Below, piece by piece: positions 8,830-18,876 of a stretch of 64,000 bases of DNA (positions are counted from its first letter, which is position 1; each line of letters begins with the position of its first letter). Below the pieces are notes generated by a model, which was given only the letters and a program-made list of their open reading frames with translations, was not told the DNA's origin and made no database searches. The stretch spans positions 350,855-414,854 of the forward strand of contig CAWCQS010000013.1 of NCBI GenBank assembly GCA_963797715.1, in the 5' to 3' direction. This stretch comes from an uncultured Acidobacteriota bacterium. GTDB lineage: Bacteria; Acidobacteriota; Vicinamibacteria; Vicinamibacterales; 2-12-FULL-66-21. The position numbers and the translations under genes were made by a program.

Positions 8830-11800
8830 GTGGCTGCTTCTACGACAGAGGTGCTCGAGCTGTTTCACCCCGCCGCCACGGAATGGTTCCGCCACTCGTT
8901 CGAAGCACCGACACCGCCGCAGGTGCAAGGGTGGCCGGCGATCGCGCGGGGCGAGTCAACACTGATCCTGGCGCCGACCGGCAGCGGCAAGACGCTGACC
9001 TCCTTCCTCTGGTGCATCAACCGCTTGATGTTTGAAGAGGTCCCGGCGCCGGACCGGCGCTGCCGCGTCCTCTACGTCTCGCCGCTCAAGGCGCTGGCGG
9101 TGGACATCGAACGGAACCTGCGTGCGCCGCTCGCGGGCATTGCCAATCGCGCCAACGCTCGTGGCGATCGGTACCATGCCCCAGCAATCGCCGTCCGCAC
9201 CGGAGACACGCCGGCTAGGGAGCGAGCCCGCTTTCAGCGCGATCCGTCCGACATTCTGATCACCACGCCCGAGTCGCTCTACCTCCTCCTGACGTCGAAC
9301 GCCAGGAACGTGCTGCGATCGATCGACACGGTGATCATCGACGAGATCCACGCGCTCGTGCCGACAAAGCGCGGTGCCCACATGGCCCTGTCGCTCGAGA
9401 GGCTGGAGGCGATTCGACCCGCCGGCGCCGCACCGCTCCAACGCATCGGCCTCTCGGCGACACAGCGGCCGCTCGATGAAGTGGCGCGATATCTTGGCGG
9501 CAACTCCGACGCTCGCGCCGTCACAATCGTCGATACGTCACAAAAGAAGCGGCTCGAGTTGACGATCGAGGTGCCAGTCGAGGATATGGCCCGGATCGGG
9601 CAGCCGCAGGAAATCCCGAGCGGACCCGCGGCTCAGGGGACCGTCCGGACGACGATCTGGACCGCTATCCACCCTCGGCTCCTCGAGCTCATCAAGGGGC
9701 ACCGATCGACGCTCATCTTCGTCAACAGCCGGCGCATCGCCGAACGGCTGGCCGCCGCGCTCAACGAGCTCGCCGGCGAAACGCTCGTCCGATCGCACCA
9801 CGGATCGCTGGCGCGGCCACAGCGGATCGAGGTCGAAGATCGCCTCAAGTCGGGGCTGATTCGCGGGCTGGTCGCGACCTCCTCGCTCGAGCTCGGCATC
9901 GACATGGGGGCTATCGATCTCGTCATTCAGATCGAGGCACCGCCGTCGGTCGCGAGCGGCATGCAGCGCATCGGCCGATCGGGGCATACCATCGGCGAAG
10001 CCAGCCGCGGCATCATCGTCCCGAAGTTCCGCGGCGATCTCGTTGCGTGCGCCGCCGTCACCCGGGCGATGCACGAAGCGCAGGTCGAAAGCACGCGCTA
10101 TCCCCGCAACCCGCTTGACGTCCTCGCGCAGCAAATCGTCGCGATGGTGGCGATGGACGCTTGGCCGGTGGACGAACTCTTCAACACAATCCGGCGGGCG
10201 GCGCCGTTCGCCGAGCTCGGCAGGAACACCTTCGATGGCGTGCTCGACATGTTGTCCGGCCGCTATCCATCCGACGATTTCGCCGACCTTCGGCCTCGCC
10301 TGACGTGGGATCGGCTCGAGGGCACGCTGACGGCGCGCGAAGGGTCGCGACGCGTTGCCGTCACCAACGGCGGAACGATTCCCGACCGCGGGCTGTATGG
10401 CGTCTTTCTCGCCGGCGAGCGCGGGCCGGGCGCGCGGGTCGGCGAGCTCGACGAAGAGATGGTGTTCGAAAGCCGCGTCGGCGAGACGTTTCTCCTCGGG
10501 GCGTCGACGTGGCGGATCGAGCAAATCACTCACGACCGCGTGCTCGTATCGCCTGCCCCCGGTGAGCCTGGGAAGATGCCCTTCTGGAAGGCGGATGCCG
10601 CCGGCAGACCGCTCGAGCTCGGCCGAGCGGTGGGATCGCTCGTCCGGACGCTCCTCGAACTCCCGCCGGCTGCGGCCGCCGAGCGCCTGGTTAATCATCA
10701 CGACCTCGACGCACAGGCCGCCGAGAACTTGCTTCGCTACCTGGCCGACCAGATGGCGGCGGCCGGTGTCGTTCCCGACGATCGCACGGTCGTCGTCGAA
10801 CGTTGCCGCGACGAGCTCGGCGACTGGCGTATTTGTGTGCTGTCGCCCTTCGGCAGCCGCATCCACGCGCCGTGGGCCCTGGCGGTCGTCGAACGCGTCC
10901 GGGCGGAAACCGGGCTCGACGTCGAGACCATGTGGACCGACGATGGGTTTGTCGTGAGATTCGCGGAGACCGACGATCCCCCGGACACGCGCCTGATGCT
11001 GCCCGCGTCCGAAGAGGTCGAGGCGCTGGTGCTCAACCAGCTCGGCGGGACCGCCATGTTCGCGGCGAAGTTCCGCGAGGCCGCCGGACGCGCGCTGCTC
11101 CTTCCCAAGCGGCGGCCTGGTGGTCGGAGTCCGCTGTGGCAGCTGCGGAAACGCGCGTCTGATCTGCTGGCGGTCGCGTCACGATTCGGATCGTTTCCGA
11201 TCGTCCTCGAGGCGTATCGCGAATGCCTGCGGGACGTATTTGACATGCCGGCGCTCGTCGACACGCTCGAGCGGATGGAGCGCCGCGAGATTCGCGTGGC
11301 GACGGTCGACTCGACCCAGGCGTCGCCTTTTGCCGCAGCGCTGCTCTTCGGCTACGTCGCGAACTATTTGTACGACGGCGATGCGCCGCTCGCCGAACGG
11401 CGCGCACAAGCGCTCTCGATCGATCAGGCACAGCTGCGCGAGCTGCTCGGCGATGCCGAGTTGCGTGACTTGCTCGACGCCGACGTGCTGTCGGAGGTAG
11501 AGGAGGAACTGCAGCAGCTCCACGAAGACCGCCGGGCACGAACAGTCGACGGCGTGCACGATCTGCTGTTGCGGCTTGGCGATCTCACGGTCGAGGAGAT
11601 CGACGCCCGCGCGAAGATCGATGGCCGCCGGGCCACTGAGGATCTGCTGAGAGCTCGCCGCGCGATCGCGGTCACCCTTGCCGGACAGTCCAGGATCATC
11701 CCGGTCGAGTACGCGAATCGGTACCGCGACGGTTTAGGCGTGCCACTGCCGCCGGGCCTGCCGGACACATTGCTGGAGCACGCGCCAAACGGCACGCAGG

Positions 11801-13351
11801 ATGTGGCTCGGCGCTTCGCCCGTACCCACGGTCCCTTTACGACTGCAGAACTCGCGGCGCGCTATGCGCTGGCTCGATCGACGGCCGAGGCCTTGCTGAA
11901 GGAGCTCGCCGCAGCAGGACGACTGCTGGAGGGCGACTTCCGCCCGGGCGGCACCGGACGGGAGTGGTGCGAACCAGACGTCCTGCAGACCGTCCGGCGT
12001 CGCTCCCTCGCGAGGCTGCGTCATCAGGTGGAGCCGGTCGAACCGGCTGTCCTCGGACGGCTCATCACGCATTGGCAGGGAGTGGTTCGGCGTCGTGGCG
12101 GGCTCGACGCCCTGCTCGACATCGTCGAGAACCTGCAGGGCGCACCGCTCATCGCCTCGACGCTCGAAACCGACATCCTGCCGGCGCGGGTCGAGGGGTA
12201 TCAGCCATCCGACCTCGATGCCCTCACGACGGCGGGCGAAGTCGTCTGGGCCGGCCTCGAACCGGTTGGCGAGCGCGATGGCCGGCTCGCGCTCTACCTG
12301 ACCGACCACGTGGCCAAGTTACGGCAGCCGACGTCCCTCGTCGACCTGCCCGAACGCGAACGCTTGATTCTCGAGCACCTCGAACGGAACGGTGCATCGT
12401 TCTTTGCGGAATTGCACGACGCGGTGGGCGGCGGTTATCCGGGAGACACAGTCGACGCCATCTGGACGCTCGTCTGGGCCGGAGCGATCACCAACGATAG
12501 CCTCCACGCGGTTCGCGCCTATACGCGACCGCCAGAACGGCGGAGGTCGGCTGCGGCGCGCGCACGCCGCATGGCCGAACGCGAACGGTCGGTTGCCACT
12601 CATGCGGACTTCGGCAGCGCGCACGGAGGCCAAGCACCCCGCAGGTTCAGGAGCAGGCGCGTGGCGCCGCCTACTGCCGAGGGCCGCTGGTCCATCCTCA
12701 GGCAAGCAGTGGCATCGCCAACGGAGGCCGCTGCTGCGCGCGCGCAGCAGCTCCTGGCTCGCTACGGCGTGCTGACGCGCGAAGTCGCAGGAGCCGAAGG
12801 CATCGCCGGCGGTTTCAGCGCGGTCTATGACGTGCTGAAAGCTCTCGAGGACGCCGGTCGTATTCGCCGTGGCTACTTCGCGAGTGGCGTTGGCGCGACG
12901 CAGTTCGCGCTGCCAGCCGCGCTCGACCTGCTGCGGTCGCTCAAGGAGATGCCCGAGGACGCCGAAGTGGTCGTCCTCGCCGCCACTGATCCCGCCAATC
13001 CGTACGGGACGATCCTGCACTGGCCGAACGCTGCAACCGGGGAGGATCGGGCGCGAACCCCAACCCGCTCCGCTGGCTCACTCGTCGTCATGGTCAATGG
13101 CGCGCTCGCGGCGTACATCAGCCGCGGCGGCTCGTCAGCTGTTGGCATTCTTGCCGGAGGACGAACCGTCGCGATCGACGACCGCGCGTGCGCTGGCGAG
13201 AACGCTGGCGCGGTTCCGGCTCCTGGTCCAGGAAATCAACGGCATCCCCGCAGGCGAACACCCCCTCGCGGCCTTTCTCATCGAGGCCGGCTTCAATCCG
13301 TCGGCGATGGGCTTCCAGATTCGACAGACCAGCCTTGGCCGCGGCGCCTGA
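8830..13351 (+). CDS. lhr: Lhr-type large ATP-dependent DEAD/DEAH-box helicase, with one frame shift at about 13132
   Basis: Motifs APTGSGKT, DEIH, SAT, HHGSL and QRIGRSGH, with a long Lhr C-terminal extension. The open frame runs on to 13533 as Arg/Pro junk. The conserved tail RQLLAFLPEDEP..LVQEINGIP..FLIEAGF continues in ORF 12869..13351 after an extra T in GGC GGC t CGT CAG. Confidence 0.9.
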
Positions 13352-13369
13352 GACTAGACCAGGCGGATC

Positions 13370-14197
13370 ATGCCCGAGGGAGATACTATCTACCGCGCCG
13401 CGGCGACGCTACACCGCGCGCTCGCGGGACAACACGTCGTGCGCTTCGAGTCTGTGTTTCCGGCGCTCACGCGCATACACGAGGATCATCCGTTGACGGC
13501 CATGACCGTCGAACGTGTCCAGTCCGTCGGTAAGCACCTCCTGATGCATTTTTCCGGAGGGTTCGTGCTGCGCACGCACATGCGCATGAACGGCAGCTGG
13601 CATATCTATCGGCCCAACGAACGCTGGCGCCGAAGCACGCGCGACATGCGTGTACTGGTGGCCACCTCGGATTACGTCGCGGTTGGATTCAACATTCCCG
13701 TGGCCGAGTTCGTGAAGGCTTCGGACCTCAGTCGGCACGAACCGGTCACCTCGCTCGGTCCTGACCCGCTCGCTGCGAACTTCGACCGGGATGAAGCAGT
13801 CCGCCGCCTACGCTCGAGACCGTTATCTCCGATCGCTGATGCACTGCTCAATCAACGCCTGCTCGCGGGCCTAGGCAACGTACTCAAGTGCGAGGCCCTC
13901 TTCGAGTGCCGCATCGATCCATTTACGACCGTCGCCAACCTGAGCGATGACCAGCTCGAACAACTCGTGGCCACTGGACGACGGCTGCTCGAGGTAAATG
14001 TCTCCGGCGCATCGAACGGCATGCGTGCCGACTCGAAGGTTCGGCGGACCACGCGCCGCGACAACCCAGCAGAGCGCCTGTGGGTTTACGGTCGGGCCGG
14101 CTTGCCATGCCGGCGGTGTGGCACGTCCATCGCCATCCGCAAACACGGCCTCGACGCTCGACTCACCTATTGGTGCCCATCGTGTCAGACCTCTTGA
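13370..14197 (+). CDS. nei: Fpg/Nei family DNA glycosylase/AP lyase (endonuclease VIII-like)
   Basis: N-terminal MPEGDTI catalytic motif, a C-terminal zinc finger CRRCGT..YWCPSCQ, and a position immediately after lhr. Confidence 0.85.
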   Translation: MPEGDTIYRAAATLHRALAGQHVVRFESVFPALTRIHEDHPLTAMTVERVQSVGKHLLMHFSGGFVLRTHMRMNGSWHIYRPNERWRRSTRDMRVLVATSDYVAVGFNIPVAEFVKASDLSRHEPVTSLGPDPLAANFDRDEAVRRLRSRPLSPIADALLNQRLLAGLGNVLKCEALFECRIDPFTTVANLSDDQLEQLVATGRRLLEVNVSGASNGMRADSKVRRTTRRDNPAERLWVYGRAGLPCRRCGTSIAIRKHGLDARLTYWCPSCQTS

Positions 14198-14589
14198 TCT
14201 GGCTCGCCCTCGCCGGAGGCACCGCCGCAGCTGCGGCGGCCTGGTACGGCCACTACTACGTTCTGCCGGGATGGCTGACCGGCCCGGAGATTTGCCGACT
14301 AGAGAACGGCGGTTGCACCGTGCTCTTTCGGAGTCCGCGCGCAGCGCTCCTTGGCGTACCCAACGCCACGCTCGGCCTCGTCCTCTACGCCCTGCTGGCC
14401 ACTGGAATGATCGTCGGTGCCCCGCTGCTCGCGCTGCTGACGATGACCGTGCCCGCCGTGGCGATGAGCGCCTTCCTGGGACGCAGCCTCATCGTCAACG
14501 GCCACCAGTGCCGCATCTGCTGGACAGGCCATTTCTCCAACGCCGTGTTGTTTCTGACGCTGCTCTGGAAGGCGTTGGGAGAAGTCTGA
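14182..14589 (+). CDS. Vitamin K epoxide reductase (VKOR)-family membrane protein
   Basis: Loop cysteines C-RLENGG-C, the block LLGVPNATLGLVLY, a CRIC redox motif (CxxC) and about 4 TM helices. The GTG start at 14182 overlaps the nei 3' end. The upstream part of ORF 14080.. is unlikely to be coding. Confidence 0.7.
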   Translation: MSDLLIWLALAGGTAAAAAAWYGHYYVLPGWLTGPEICRLENGGCTVLFRSPRAALLGVPNATLGLVLYALLATGMIVGAPLLALLTMTVPAVAMSAFLGRSLIVNGHQCRICWTGHFSNAVLFLTLLWKALGEV

Positions 14590-14678
14590 ATGCTGAGTGC
14601 TGAAGTCAATGCTGAAGTCATTGTGAACTTTTGAACTTCGAAGTTCACTACAGCATTCAGCCTTCAGCATTCAGAATT
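14587..14678. repeat. Composite element between convergent genes: left heptamer array (tgaatgc tgagtgc tgaagtc..tgaagtc), central hairpin GTGAACTT-N10-AAGTTCAC, and right inverted heptamer array (cagcatt cagcctt cagcatt cagaatt)
   Basis: Read directly. The two arrays are reverse complements of the same CTGAAKG unit, so the ~92-nt element can fold as one long hairpin. It starts at the VKOR stop and covers the last codons of fdhD (..ILNAEG*). Confidence 0.8.
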
Positions 14679-15529
14679 GGCGTGATCCTCCCCCCGTGGC
14701 TGTACACATTGAACCCGCCGTGGCGGGCGAAGCCGAGGAGTGTGATTCCCGCCTCTTCCGCCAGGTCGATCGCAAGCGTCGACGGCGCGGAGACCGCGCA
14801 AATGAGGCCGATACCGGCCAGCCAGGCCTTCTGGACGATTTCGAACGACGTTCGCCCGCTGACTGCCAGCGCATACGAGGAGAGCGGCACACGTTCGTCG
14901 AGCACCATCGCACCGATCACCTTGTCGACGGCGTTGTGGCGCCCGACGTCTTCGGCCGACATCAAGCACTCCCCGTCCTTGGTGAAGATGCCCGCGCCAT
15001 GAAGGCCGCCAGTGCCTGCAAACACCTGTTGCCGATCGCGTAGCCGGTCCGGCAGTCGCGCGGCAACAGTTGTCGTCATCGACCAGGTGGCTGGAAGCGC
15101 GGTCGCGCGCGTCTTGAGCGAGTCGATCGTCACGCGCCCGCACAAACCACACGATGAGTTGGTGACGACGTTGCGCCGCTCGGCGAGACAAACGTCGAGC
15201 GATGCCCGCGACTCACCCAGCAGATAGACGTCGACGACGTTGTGGCCCTCGGGACGGTCGGGATGGCGGCAGTGCTCGACTGCGCCGACATCGGCGGCCG
15301 ATCGAATCACGCCTTCCGACCAGAGAAAGCCTGTGGCGAGCTCACGGTCCTCTCCAGGAGTCCGCATGATCACAGCGAACGGGCGGCCGTGAAGGCGCAC
15401 TTCCAACGGCTCTTCGACTGCGGCCAAGTCGCGTGCCGGGCCATCGGCGCCACGGTCGGGCCGGCCCACCACAGTCACCGGCACATCACGATACGGCCTC
15501 CGCTCTCGCCGCGGTGAGCTGTCAGACAT
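14657..15529 (-). CDS. fdhD: Formate dehydrogenase accessory sulfurtransferase FdhD
   Basis: SSCGLCG cysteine motif and VGRHNAVDKVIG. ATG 15529 overlaps the upstream stop by 8 nt (ATGTCTGA). Confidence 0.85.
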   Translation of the reverse strand: MSDSSPRRERRPYRDVPVTVVGRPDRGADGPARDLAAVEEPLEVRLHGRPFAVIMRTPGEDRELATGFLWSEGVIRSAADVGAVEHCRHPDRPEGHNVVDVYLLGESRASLDVCLAERRNVVTNSSCGLCGRVTIDSLKTRATALPATWSMTTTVAARLPDRLRDRQQVFAGTGGLHGAGIFTKDGECLMSAEDVGRHNAVDKVIGAMVLDERVPLSSYALAVSGRTSFEIVQKAWLAGIGLICAVSAPSTLAIDLAEEAGITLLGFARHGGFNVYSHGGRITPILNAEG

Positions 15530-16508
15530 GGTTGCGCAACATGAGCTCGCGCGGGTGCGGCTCGAGGTAGGTCTGGTTGGCCAGATACGCAACACTATGC
15601 ACGCGCACATGATGCCTCAGGAGCGTCAGCGGCACGATGAGCGGCACGAGGCCAAGGCGGTACTCGTCGATCGTCCTGATCAGCTCCCGCTTCGAATCGG
15701 AGTCGAGCTGCTTCTTCAGGTGACCGCTCATGTGCGTGAGCACGTTCGTATGGCGCCTGTTCGTGGCGACGATCTTCAGAGTCGCCATGAACGCCGACTC
15801 ATACGCCTCGCGCAGCTCGCGCCTCGGCATCTCGCGGCCGCGAGCGACGAGCTGACCAAGCTCGGCGTACCGCGTTGTCGAGTGCGCGAGCAGCGCCATC
15901 TTGTGCGCGGTGTGGAAGGCGACGAGCGCGCCGAGTGACCAGTTGCCGGCAAACAAATCTTTTAGCCGGCGGTAAGCAAACACCCGCTCGATGAAGTTCT
16001 CGCGCAGCCGTGGGTCGTTCAGCCGGCCCTCTTCCTCTACCGGCAGATTCGGGAACCGCCCCATGAGCGCTGCGGCGAAGAGGCCGCGTCCGTTGCGTTC
16101 GGGTATGCCGCTGGCGCCGTATGTTTTGACCCGCTCCATGCCACAGCTCGGCGAATCCTTCTTCAGCACGTAGCCGCACAAGTCCGGCTCGTCGCGCGCG
16201 AGCTGCTCGAGACGCTTCGCCGCCCATCGGTTCATGCCATCGGTGTGATCGATGGCCGTCCTCGTCGTCACCATCCGGAGCGGCGAAGACGCATCGTCCA
16301 TACGGACCAGCCGCAATGTCTCTCGCGGCGTTCCCAGGCCCATCTCGACTTCAGGACAGACCGTGACGAACTCGACCTGGGCGCCAAGTGTGTCGGTCAG
16401 AAACGGGTCGCGCTTGTGTCCGCCGTCGAAGCGCACCTCTTGTCCGAGCAGGCAGGCGGAGATGCCGATGCGGATGCGCTGTGCTGGACGATCGCGAGTG
16501 GCTGGCAT
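15522..16508 (-). CDS. DUF523 (TudS-like) plus DUF1722 (YbgA-like) fusion protein
   Basis: N-terminal IGISACLLGQEVRFDGGHK (DUF523 signature) and a C-terminal YbgA-like helical half. Confidence 0.75.
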   Translation of the reverse strand: MPATRDRPAQRIRIGISACLLGQEVRFDGGHKRDPFLTDTLGAQVEFVTVCPEVEMGLGTPRETLRLVRMDDASSPLRMVTTRTAIDHTDGMNRWAAKRLEQLARDEPDLCGYVLKKDSPSCGMERVKTYGASGIPERNGRGLFAAALMGRFPNLPVEEEGRLNDPRLRENFIERVFAYRRLKDLFAGNWSLGALVAFHTAHKMALLAHSTTRYAELGQLVARGREMPRRELREAYESAFMATLKIVATNRRHTNVLTHMSGHLKKQLDSDSKRELIRTIDEYRLGLVPLIVPLTLLRHHVRVHSVAYLANQTYLEPHPRELMLRNHV

Positions 16509-16568
16509 GGCTTGAACTTTCCCGCCACGGGAGTTCCAGACAAGCGTAGCGAGCTTCCCTTCAGGGCA

Positions 16569-17545
16569 TCAATTCCACCTCATTCCGCGCAACTGATCGA
16601 GGTTGACGTTGCCGCCGCTCAGGACGCAGACGACCCTCGAACCCGCGGGCAGCGTCGATGAGGCCCTCGAGGAGCGCCGCAACTGGCGCCGCGGCGGCGC
16701 CTTCGACGACGAGCTTGGCGTGCGCCATGACCCACAGCATCGCCTCGAAGATCTTCTCGTCCGGGAGCGTCACGATGTCGATCCACCATCCGGCGGACGA
16801 CCTCGAACGTGGTTTCGCCGACGCGTTTGACGCGCAGGCCGTCGATGATGCAGTCGACGCGATCGAGCGTCACGACGCCGCCTGCCCGAACGCAGTCACG
16901 CATCCCCGGCGCGCCGGACGACTCCACACCGATGACTTTTACCGACGGCTTGAGCGCCTTCACCGCCATCGCGACACCGGAGATGAGGCCGCCACCGCCG
17001 ATCGGCACCACGATGGCGTCGACGTCCGGCCAGTCCTGCACGACCTCGAGGCCGAGCGTTCCTTGTCCGGCGATGAGCTGCAGATCGTCGAACGGATGCA
17101 CGTATGTCAGTCCGCGGTCGCGCACGAGCTCTTTGGCTTTGTCGTTGGCCTCGTCCCAGATCGTCCCATGCAGCACGACCTCGGCGCCATAACCGCGCGT
17201 CGCCGCGACTTTCGACGGCGTCGCGTTCTCGGCCATGACGACGACCGCGTTGATGCCGTGGATGCGGGCGGCGAGCGCCACGCCCTGCGCGTGGTTGCCG
17301 GCCGACGAACAGACGACGCCGCGGCGCCGCTCGTCGTCGGAGAGCAGCGCGAACTTGTTCAGCGGCCCGCGGATCTTGTACGAGCCCGTCCGCTGGAACA
17401 TTTCCGCCTTCAGCCGAACGTCATATCCGGTGCGCTCACTGAGCATGCGCGACGACAGCAGCGGCGTGCGGTGGATGTGCGGCGACACATGCGCGTAGGC
17501 GGCTTCGAACACGTCGAGGCCGAGCGGAAGCGCTGCGACGGTCAT
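16569..17545 (-). pseudogene. PLP-dependent threonine ammonia-lyase/dehydratase, broken by two frame shifts (about 16780 and about 16643)
   Basis: SYKIRGP (PLP lysine), SSAGNHAQGVA and PIGGGGLISG. After ..EVVRRMVD the conserved DIVTLPDEKIFEAMLWVMAHAKLVVEGAAAAP is in ORF 16561..16773. The end GSRVVCVLSGGNVNLDQLRGMRWN* is in the third frame (stop 16569-16571). Confidence 0.8.
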
Positions 17546-18731
17546 TGCCCGGACATCCGCCGTCACCATGATCTCGACCAGCCCGTCCGCCGCAACCAGG
17601 CCGCGTCTGGACGCGTGGCGCGAGCGGGGAAGTCGCTGCTCGAAAAACGCCCGGTAGGCGTCGTTCATCGTCTGGAACGTTTTGATGTCGGTCAGATAGA
17701 CGACCGCGTCGCGACGTCGGCGGGCGTGCAGCCGGCGGCCGTCAGCGCACCGCGGATGCGCGAGCAGCGTCTCGCGCGTCTGCGCCGCGACGTCGCCTTT
17801 CGTTTCGGCCGTGTTGCCGAGCATGCCCGAGAGATAGACGCGGTGGCCGGCGCGGATTGCCGCGCTCAGGTTCGGATTCGCCGGCCGCCCGTCGTCGATC
17901 ACGCGCTTGCGCGGTGCGGACGAGGCGACCAGGGTGATTTCGACGTTGTACTGGCTGCCCGCGAGTCCGGCCTTGACCGTCGCGCGAGCCGGCGGCGCCG
18001 ACGAGAAGTAGCTCGCGGTAGGTCGTCGTTCATCTGCTGGAAGGTCGGCGACGTCTGGCAAATACACGCGCGCGCTGACGACGTTGGCGAGCGTCATGCC
18101 CGCCGCCTTCAGAATCTCGGCCGCGTTGTCCATGACGGCCGCCGTCTGCGTCGGCACGTCGCCGGTGACGACCGAGTTGTCCTTGCCGTTGCGCGACACG
18201 AGTCCCGAGAGAAACAGCGTGTCGCCCGTGCGGATCGCGTAGCTGTACGGGTTCGGCGACGTCGCTCCAGCCGGCCGGATGGACGACCACACGCTCGGCG
18301 CCGGTCGGGACGGCAACCATGGAAATCTCTACCAGCGCGTCCGGCAGCACGAGGTCGGCGACGACCGTCGTCCGCGTCGGCGGATCCTTGGTCCAGAATG
18401 CCTTGTAGGCCTCGTTCATCGCCGCAAAGTCGGCGGCGGATTTCAAATACACGGTTACGGCCACGACCTGCTCGAGCGACGAGCCGGCCGCCGTCAACAA
18501 CGCACGCATCCGTTCGATGACGCGTGTGGTCTGCCCCTTGATGTCGCCCTTCGGGGCGACATCGCCGGCCGCGTCCTGAGACAGCGTGCCGGAGATGTAG
18601 ATGAGACCCCCGGCTTTGACCGCCTGACTATAAGGTCCGACCGGAGGTGTGCCGACAGAGAAGATCGCCTTGTTCGAGGATTGTGTGGACATGGCAAAGA
18701 CACTGGCGAAAAGGAGCACGCACGTGCGCAT
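17542..18731 (-). pseudogene. Signal-peptide-bearing protein with three tandem RidA/YjgF domains, carrying multiple frame disruptions
   Basis: MRTCVLLFASVFAMS signal peptide. Domain 1 is intact in ORF 18030..18731. Domains 2 and 3 are in the frame of ORF 16619..18316, but their conserved F..MN..Y..F and PARATV blocks are only recovered by skipping bases (see findings). The 3' end is uncertain: in-frame run-on into the dehydratase, or caaTGA overlapping its ATG. Confidence 0.65.
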
Positions 18732-18876
18732 GTGCGCAATTCTAAGCCACGGAGAACGCGTGATGTCGGCAGAGGGAAAACACGGTTGAAATCAGCCACG
18801 GAAAACGCCGATGCCAGTGTGGGTCCGGGTCTTTCGTGGCGTAAAATTGAAACGCACCCCATACGGAGGCCCCCGA

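Noticed and set aside
16658-18520. 620-codon plus-strand ORF, and similar very long ORFs at 25825..28053 (-), 34212..36059 (-), 36597..37784 (+), 48800..49963 (+), 9538..10866 (-) and 734..1798 (+)
   Set aside because: They lie antisense to, or out of frame with, genes that have clear conserved motifs. Their translations are Arg/Ala/Pro/Gly-rich with no recognisable motifs, which is typical of stop-poor alternative frames in high-GC DNA.
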